A DNA stretch of 55,446 nucleotides, counting the filler, from Squatina squatina (taxonomy: Eukaryota), in assembly GCA_031763465.1 (NCBI GenBank). It is 2 parts of one record of this genome, joined end to end, with 100 filler letters (N's around TTAATTAATTAA, not from the genome) between each part and the next. Parts side by side here need not be neighbours in the genome. Positions count along the whole stretch, not along the records: positions 26,416 to 55,446 come from JARFOE010000013.1; 1 more part is not named here. The stretch is one strand, 5' to 3'. The translations under genes and the position numbers were made by a program. The number at the start of each line of letters is the position of its first letter. The first letter of the stretch is position 1. Shown here one piece after another: positions 47,477-55,446 of this stretch. The notes beneath the pieces are model-generated. The model saw only the letters and a list, made by a program, of their open reading frames with translations. It made no database searches and was not told the origin of the DNA.

Positions 47477-48328
47477 GCTAAAAATTCAGGGGTTTAGCGC
47501 AGGGCGTTACCAGCCGATTTGGGTAAAAAAAGGCGGCAGCTGCATTTCCATCCGCTGCCGGCGAGTCCCATAGCTTGTCCGCGCTCGTGAAAATTATGGA
47601 GATTATACACATCGTGACATCAGTGAGTGTGCAACACTTACTTGACACCCGATCTGCGATTTCAATTTCGCTGCTCCATTTACCGGCATGCCTTAACTGT
47701 GTCCAGCTGAGCAAGCATTGACAAGCAGGAAAGAGGCTCCAGCAGCAATACTTAAAGGGATCATCAGCAACAATTTGCAGCTAACATGTTTCTTCAGTTT
47801 GAATGGCTCTGTGGAACGTTCTGCAATTCCAGCAGCTTTATAAACTTCTTTCAAAGTCCTATGGTAACAGGGAGTGTTGGGGCAAGTGGAGAATATCTTC
47901 ATTCTTATTTAACGGCTTTTGCTCACAATGCTTGCTCACAGCCATGAGTGGCTCTACTGACAGTCCCACTCACGCTCGAGTATCTTAGGGAGAGGGAGCG
48001 GGAGCGGAGAAGACGAGAAGATGCATGCAGAGGGAGGAGGGAGTGCCAGGAGGGCTCAACAGAAGGCCTTAACCCACCAAGGGTCTTCAGAGAGCACTTC
48101 TCGTATATCCACCTAAGCGAGGAGCAGTGTATTAGGAAGCTCCGCTTCACCAAGGAGGCGGCCACAAAACTCTGCCACCTCCTCTAACTAGATCTGTAGC
48201 CTCAGGTCAAGACAAGCATGGCTCTCCCAGAGGCCCTGAAGGTCACTGTGGCCCTCAACTTCTTTGCCAGCAAATCCTTCCAGTCTGCAGCAGGAGACAT
48301 AGCTAACATCTCACAGTTCGCCATCCAT
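47477..48328 (+). mobile_element. Harbinger transposon 5' end with pseudogenised HARBI1-like transposase N-terminus (47948-48328)
   Basis: RVFREHFSYIHLSEEQCIRKLRFTKEAATKLCHLL*LDL*PQ...ALPEALKVTVALNFFASKSFQSAAGDIANISQFAIH; in-frame TAA at 48185 and TAG at 48197. Confidence 0.88.
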
Positions 48329-48428
48329 NNNNNNNNNNNNNNNNNNNNNNNNNNNNNNNNNNNNNNNNNNNNNNNNNNNNNNNNNNNNNNNNNNNNNNNN
48401 NNNNNNNNNNNNNNNNNNNNNNNNNNNN

Positions 48429-48715
48429 GTGTACAAGGACACTCAGGTTCCTCTGAACATCAACATTTCCCAATCTCTCACCATTTAAAAAATACTCTGC
48501 TTTTCTATTTTCCCTACCAAATTGGATAACTTCACATTTCTCCACATTATATTCTGCCATGTTCTTGCCCACTCACTTAGCCTGTCTATATCCCCTTAAA
48601 GCCTCTTTGCATCCTCCTCACAGCTTACATTCCCACCTAGCTTTGTGTCATCAGCAAACTTGGAAATATTACATTTGGTCCCCTCATCCAAATTATTGAT
48701 GTAGATTCTGAATAG
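48429..48715 (-). mobile_element. CR1 LINE RT fragment
   Basis: INNLDEGTKCNISKFADDTKLGG (FADD catalytic motif) and YNVEKCEVIQFGRENR. Confidence 0.92.
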
Positions 48716-49189
48716 TTTAGTTTGTTAACAGGTTAAGTTTTGTTATTTTCCATGTTACAAGGAATGATATGAAACAGACTGTATTACACTATAAGACTGT
48801 GTCCTGCTCATTCATGTACTTCATGTAAAATAAACCGGTTTGTTGGTTTACAGTTGGTTCCATCTTACCAGAGTACTTTTGAGTCTGTCTTCGGACAGAT
48901 CAATTGCATACAACCATGCAAAATCACAGTATGCAGTGCACAGGAGGGGTGACATTGTTTGTGCTTGGGTCACCCGATACTCTGCAGTAAAGGTCCTCTA
49001 ATAGGAGTGGCAGATGACATTGAACCCAAGATAATATCCAGTGCAAGCCCAAAATTTGTAACCAATGCCTAAAACCATGTGGCCAAAAGTAACTCATCTC
49101 AGAACTTATATACAGTTACAAAATTTTTGGAAACATTTTGTAGTTTTTCAAATTATGTCCCTTGGATGATAACCACACCCATAACTACC

Positions 49190-49475
49190 CTTCTACCCAC
49201 CCCACAAAACCTTTTAAGAGAGGCAACAAGACTTGTCGCCAATTCACGGTTCCATTGTCACAATCTCCTTTCCAACTCCTCATGGGGATCAATCTCCAGC
49301 AAGTCCCACATCCATTAGTAATTTTACAGAATAATTCATCTTACCTTCCATATGCCGTGATTACCTGGTTTTCTAAAAAATGCATCCAACGCCTTCTTGA
49401 AGGAATGTACATAATCAGTCTTCATCATCACCTCCAGAATCCTGTCCGCAGGTCAGTCACCCTCTGAGAAAAGTA
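49190..49475 (-). mobile_element. Degenerate CR1 3' end
   Basis: FSQRVTDL and SFKKALDAFL in broken frames. Confidence 0.6.
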
Positions 49476-52400
49476 AAACTTGCAGACATCCAAACCTCAC
49501 TCCCTGCTTCCTCAGTTTATACGGGTGGCTTCTATTGAAGTATACACCACCATTTAGGTCACAGACACTTAATGTTGCCATTTTCAGAAACCTGGTTTCT
49601 GATTACAGATGTTGGTTATGAAAGAGAGATTATATTCTGATGGAGTTTAAATCACCCCCGTGTCAATAAGGGGCTGGCATTTCTGCTTCTGGTTGTTTCA
49701 TTTTTGAGAGGAGTGAAAAGGGAACATGGAAAGCATAAAATGTTAAATACCTTTGTATAACTGTAATAAAGGTCAGCTTATTCATATAACTTTCATTTGC
49801 CAGGCTTATTCTAGGAAAGGACTGCTGTCCATTTGTCTAGTTCCAAAAAAACTAATACTAGTGCTCGCAATCATCCATTCCCATAAATATCTGTTCAATC
49901 CTTCCTTAAATTTTCTGTCTATCTGCCTCCACTGCACGCTTCGACAAACCTTTCCAAACACTCACCACATTCTGCATACCTAAACTGCCCAAGCACCTTT
50001 CCTTATCTAAGTTTGAGCCAGTTACCCCAGGCAATCTCAATCTTATCAGGGTTCAATTTATCTATTCTTTTAAGGATCCTGAATGTCATCAATAAGATAT
50101 TTCTTGGCTGTATAAAAAATTATGTTGCAATACAACTGAAGTGGTGTTAAACTGCTGGCTGCTATTTGGCTCAAGATTCAGCAGACTGACGTCCATGGAA
50201 AGGGAGTCTACATTCCAATGTTCACAGGTATTGCAGACGAAAAGGGGTTCTGCCGAAATTAATCTCCATCTTTATTTACAGATCCATACAAAATTACAAT
50301 GCCAGAATGCAATCTTTTAACAAATTACATGAAACTTTGAAAAGGCCATAGTATTCATAAAACATATTACAGTATAAATAGCGTTTTCTTTTTCAATTCT
50401 TCTGAAGTGGAGATGATGTAGGCCAACAGAATGACATCCTGAAAATTTGAAAATAAAACAAGAACACATCCAATTCTTATTCAGCACAGAACTGCAGCTG
50501 GAAAATCTCCATAACTCAACACAAAATTATCTGTCAGGATATAATAGTGGTGCAGGAAGTGGAAAAATTCACACTGGTAGGGGAACGATCTGAGGTAGAG
50601 GTGAGAGGGTCAAAGTAAAAGGTACCTGACCTGGGAATTAGGGAGGTACAAATACAAAAATGTTCTATCCTGGCCTTGGTGAACAAATAAGTGAAGTACT
50701 GTACATCGTAATATTATTCAGTATGTTTCTTGCATATATAGCTCTGCCAATTATCAACTTTGTTAACCGGAGCTAAATTATAGTACTCTTATTGTAGGAT
50801 GCAACTTCTCCTATAATAAGTCAAATCCTTTTGGGTTTTGTTTATTCANNNNNNNNNNNNNNNNNNNNNNNNNNNNNNNNNNNNNNNNNNNNNNNNNNNN
50901 NNNNNNNNNNNNNNNNNNNNNNNNNNNNNNNNNNNNNNNNNNNNNNNNCTAACCTGTACCTTCTATGCATGAGTGTGAAATTTTTTTTTAAAAATCTCAA
51001 TTTATGCTAGTGTAACAATAAGGACAGCACTATTTCAACACAGTAAATATGGATGTCCAGTAATGGTTGGGCACCTGAGATCTTTTATTATACTGTAGGC
51101 ATAAAAGTCAGAGTGGGCACAGGAAATGGAGAAATACAAAATAAACATGAAATGTGCATTTATTTCAATCAACAAAATTTTGAGCAGAGCACAGAAACTG
51201 CAACTGAATCATAACGAGATTATTTTGTCGGTGGGAAAATAATGCTTTAAAAACTTATGCACAACTCTGGAAAATCTGCAACTCAGCACACATTCCAATT
51301 CTCTCCCCACCCAAGAGCAACATCCTCATGTATTGGAAACAGCACTGAGATCAACAAGGCGATAAATGCATACATCCATGCCAGATTAGTGTATGGTTGA
51401 AAATTTACTACAAATTCACTGAGTTGGTACCAATTCAAAATATGTACATACATGTGTAAAGTCAAGCTTGCCAGTGGAACACATAACAGCTATTTCACTG
51501 TAATGGTGTCTAGTGCTGAGTGTCTAGCACTGGAAAGCGTGCATAGTAGACATGGTGGTAGAATGTACTATGTTGAACAGATCAGTGCATCAGCACCTGG
51601 AACATCATGCCTCACCCCAACCCTGTCTGCCAAAAACATACCACCCTCTGCGTACAGCTTTGCACTTCTATGTAAATTAAATGGCAGGAATTCTAACAAA
51701 CAGGAATTTTTGACAATTCAATTTATCTGGGAAACTTCACCACATATGAGTTTTGGCTGCAATTCACATTAAGCTCTCTTTATGCCCTGAGGGCCAACCA
51801 AAACAAACAAATCAGAGATGAAAAGTCCATTATACATTGCATTGAGAATGGAACAGGTTCCATCTTTGCGTTGGCAGAAGCAGGTAAAAAAGATATGCCC
51901 AGAACTAGTATAAACTGTACTCACGTCAGCTCCCTTCGTTACAGGTTGCCTCTGACCATTTTAATTATTTATAGCAGATAACGAATACCTCTAAACCAAC
52001 AAGGCCTCATGGCATCATTAAAAAAAGACACCGCAGTGAAACTGAAGTGGGTTTATGATCTTGGTTGGAGATTGAATTACAAAAGCACTCATTCCTCAGA
52101 GGCATTAGTCATCAAAAACATTTTTTTTTGCTTTTTATCTCTTGAGCCAGATGTGGAAGTGTTATCAACTAAGCCAATTGATGCAAAGTGTAATATTTCC
52201 AAATCTATACAGTTATTGTATCATCAGGTGTTTAATTCTCAATTATCTTTGTCCATTTTAATACATAATAAAGTTGAGCATTACTTTTCCCACATTCCTG
52301 AAATGAGAGATTGTTTCTCTAATTTAATGTAAAAAATATATTTAGCCAAGCCATGTGAGGAATGTTGCTGTTTTTAGAAACCAGTTTGATGGCATCAAGC

Positions 52401-52668
52401 AGAATTGTAGTTGCTTAAGTTTTCTGCTGGCTGAGTTTGTTCTACAGGATTTTTGTTTATCTTGGCCAATCAGGACTTGCCTACCCAAATACTCATTTTA
52501 TGCACCCACAGTGGTTTTTAAAAAAAACAAACAGCCACATAACACATGTTGCACTGATAATACTGAAATTAATGGTTCCAACTCTTCTCACCCTAGACAA
52601 GATACAAGTAAAATGTTGTCGGCTTGTAAGCAACTCTTCCTTTGTCTCTCATCTTCAAATCTATTTGG

Positions 52669-52820
52669 TCTTTCTTTTTTTCTCCTCTTTATTTCTCTTT
52701 CTTTCTTTCCTTCTTTCTTTTTTTTCTTTCGTTCTTCCTTCCTTTCTTTCATCAGCGGTAAAGTGCTTCAGGACGTCCTGAGGGGTCATGAAAGGTGCAT
52801 ATAAATACAAGTCCTTCTTT
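52669..52820 (+). repeat. Polypyrimidine (TTTC-like) tract followed by a SacSINE1-like tail
   Basis: About 80 bp almost purely C/T, then GTAAAGTGCTTCAGGACGTCCTGAGG...GAAAGGTGCATATAAATACAAG. Confidence 0.7.
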
Positions 52821-53065
52821 CTCGTTGCACAATGCTAAGAATTTTCGAACACATGGAAGCGCTACGTTTTTCCAGTCAGTAGCCTGGAGCTGCTTGCTGT
52901 TCATAAATTTCAGTAAATGAGCTGAATCAATCACAGAAGAACGGCAATTAGAAAGAGAGAAAGAANNNNNNNNNNNNNNNNNNNNNNNNNNNNNNNNNNN
53001 NNNNNNNNNNNNNNNNNNNNNNNNNNNNNNNNNNNNNNNNNNNNNNNNNNNNNNNNNNNNNNNNN

Positions 53066-54050
53066 ACAAATTGTAGGGAAAGTTCACCGATGTGCATAGA
53101 TCTCCATTGAAAATGCCCACTTTTCCAAAGCTAACTTGTATCTAGCAGACAGCTTTATGTAATGCAAGTCATTTTGACAACAGGCAGTATTAAACTGCCC
53201 AAATGAATGAATAGAAAGACCCATGAAAAATACTGAAGTAACCAGGTGTTCGCTGCTTTTTATTTTTGTATTTTTGTTTTTAGTAGGAATTATCTGATAA
53301 AACTAGAACTACAAAACAAGGCAACAGTTCAGTTTGCATGGACTTTACTCAAAGCTTCTGATGACTTTTTTTAAAAAAGGATCACATACTTGCTGTCCTT
53401 ATATAAATAGGGTAAACCAAATTGGTGTTTTTATTTCAGGTACAATGTGAATTAATCACATTTTCTTCAATAACGCCGAGCTTAAGAACTGACAGCTACC
53501 TGCCAATAATAATTTTTTTTTTTTTTTAAAGCACACTACTTAAGAGCCTTGCAGCATCTAGCAGCTCAGATAGTAGACAGTTGGTCCAAACTCACAGAAG
53601 CACGTAATGTACAGAATTCTTGCCAACCTTATGATCACGGTCTTGCTAGGTTTTTGCAATAAGTACCTCAAAAGTCAGCCAGCCTAGAAATATCATTCTC
53701 TTCAAAACTGCTATAATACAAACGGGTATAACCTGTCAAAAGGGAAAAAGTCATGTACAGTCATAAAAATAATCTTCTTAAAAACAGAATTGTAGAACGA
53801 AGGACGAGGAAAAATATCACAGTTCATGAGAGAAGTCTAGTGTTTACTTCATTACTTCTCTGCATGTACAAATCGGTTTTGTAATGGAATACACTTCAAA
53901 TTTGTCAAATCTAATAACTTTTGTATTTGTATTCAAATGTACATTTTACATTTTAAAAAATCCCTGGTACAAACCACAGCTATGCAGAGGACTTCCCAGC
54001 TGTTTATCAGTGTATCATTCAGGTATACTATATGAAGTCTGGTCTGTAAA
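53066..54050 (-). other. CDK13 3'UTR (extent uncertain)
   Basis: Repeat-free AU-rich sequence following the stop; minus-strand AATAAA at 53430-53435 and 53259-53264. Confidence 0.55.
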
Positions 54051-54928
54051 TCAATATGGTAAACCTCTGCCTCTTCCTCCTATGGTTGATGTGCTAATAC
54101 GCCCACTGTAGGCATGAGAATAACCTGCTCCACGCCCAGGGGATCCCCAGCTCTGTCCANNNNGGGGGCCACTGGCGGCTAGGTTCTCTTGTCTGTTGGC
54201 AACATACCCATAATTCTGCAGTTTTGTGGCAAGAGGCACATTTGCACTGTTAGTACTTTCAGGTATTGCTGCTGGATTACTTCCACTGCTGCCCAACGGG
54301 GGCAGGGCACCGCGACTGTATTCAAATCTGTGGTCTTTATCTCCTGTAAACTGCATAGCACTGCTGTTGAGATAACTAATCCCTTCTCCATAACCTGTCA
54401 CTGAGCTAGAAAAGGCCTCCGAGTAGCCAGAATGCAAGTGTGCACCACTAGCATGAGATGATGGAGCACTGAATGCAGATGATACGGTATCCAGAAGCGA
54501 GTGACTGGGGGCATCCGCACTACCCAGGAAGGTGCCCCTTCCCCCACTGCCACCAAGTCTGCTGCCATACCCATCACTATTGAAGTTACTAGACGAACAA
54601 GATGTCCCAAATCCATCCCCGTACTCTGCAGCAGTTCTAAGGTTACCAGCTGCTCGATAGTCAACAGCTGTCTGCCCCAGCTCCTGGGCTTGGTGATGAG
54701 CTAAAAGCTCTAAAAGGGCTGCCTTCACCCCTGCGGCTGGATCGTTTGTGGAGCAAGGAGTGGCACTCTGCTGCTCCTCTGTCTGAAAGTTCCCGTCTGC
54801 TGAAGCAGGTGGCGGCTCCGGTGGCTCTGGAGGTCTCTGGTCTGGAGGCAGGATTCGAGGATGCTCGTGTACGGGCGACTGGTCTGGGATGCTAAGATCC
54901 GACTGTCCAGTAGAGTCATCGTTGAAAT
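54051..54928 (-). CDS. CDK13: Cyclin-dependent kinase 13, last coding exon
   Basis: Reads ...[18 protein letters not shown]...[14 protein letters not shown]...[10 protein letters not shown]...GRGRGLPY*, matching the recalled CDK13 C-terminus; atttcag acceptor at 54929-54931; position 5' of SUGCT in the same orientation, as in human. Confidence 0.95.
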
Positions 54929-55446
54929 CTGAAATTACATAGGTTAGGATTTTGATGATGATTTAAAACAAAAATGGTAAACCACTAAACCAATCACCGC
55001 TGCTTCTTTGCAGAGAGATGCATAATGAAGAAAGGTGTTTCCCAACCACAGCACAGCCCATCCCCAGGCAAGGGTGCAGGCAGGTAACAACTCCAAGAGT
55101 CTTTATCAATACTGCACAGTAAGTGAAAAGCAGCTCCTTCCCTCTGGGGAAAGTGGTTCCCCACACCAGGAAAGCTGAAGTTGTTGTGGCATGAGGTCTA
55201 TGGGTTTAAACATGTATGATACCACTCCAATATGTGGAAAGTTGCAACTTAAGCCTGGGGATTTAGCTGTTCTGTTACACTACAGAATCATACACGGGTC
55301 AAATGCAATGACCTTACTTTATACCCAAAGTTAATGATAAAATTGAATCGGTCAAATGTTTAAAATACTGAATTTCATAATTTCTTCATAACAAGCTCAG
55401 TGAAAAATTCCTGAATGCAGATATCTTTAGGAGCGTTAAAAAGTAT

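Noticed and set aside
49300-49470. Candidate MPLKIP exon
   Set aside because: Translates as an antisense CR1 C-terminus, not MPLKIP.
50370-50438. Possible upstream SUGCT exon after a ttttcag acceptor (GCHSVGLHHLHFRR...)
   Set aside because: No recognisable homology, and the open frames do not end in the phase needed to join the 46614 exon.
54725-54919. Separate 64-aa ORF next to the CDK13 ORF
   Set aside because: Alternative frame of the same CDK13 exon; the correct frame runs 54928-54051.
1-55446. CRISPR array, operon or prokaryotic defence system
   Set aside because: No regularly spaced repeats or operon-like ORF density; the sequence is intron-rich vertebrate DNA.

Overview
Eukaryotic, not prokaryotic. 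This is a gap-riddled draft assembly of a cartilaginous fish (shark/elasmobranch, inferred from the CR1, SacSINE1-like DeuSINE, L2, Tx1, RTE and Harbinger repeat content and vertebrate gene homologies). It has roughly 25-30 exact 100-N gaps. Spliced genes recognised by translating exons and checking GT/AG boundaries and phase: SNTG1 (minus, 6 exons, 660-4511, incomplete), SNAI2/Slug (plus, complete 3-exon CDS 23389-25332, 283 aa), an isolated monoglyceride-lipase (MGLL)-like exon (plus, about 35758-35939), SUGCT (minus, 3 exons, 45467-46614, incomplete) and the last coding exon of CDK13 (minus, 54051-54928). The rest is intronic or intergenic DNA with decayed transposons, a long (GAT)n array and AT-rich, enhancer-like blocks. 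An artificial six-frame-stop linker (N44-TTAATTAATTAA-N44 at 26316-26415) separates the SNTG1-SNAI2 block from the MGLL-like/SUGCT/CDK13 block, so linkage across it is not sequence-supported. I found no CRISPR, rRNA, tRNA or convincing new multi-gene system. The best leads are the out-of-place MGLL-like exon, the remodelled SLUG phospho-degron, palindrome-rich DNA transposon families and a possible shrunken SNTG1 PDZ exon. Homology calls rest on recalled protein and repeat sequences, not on database searches.
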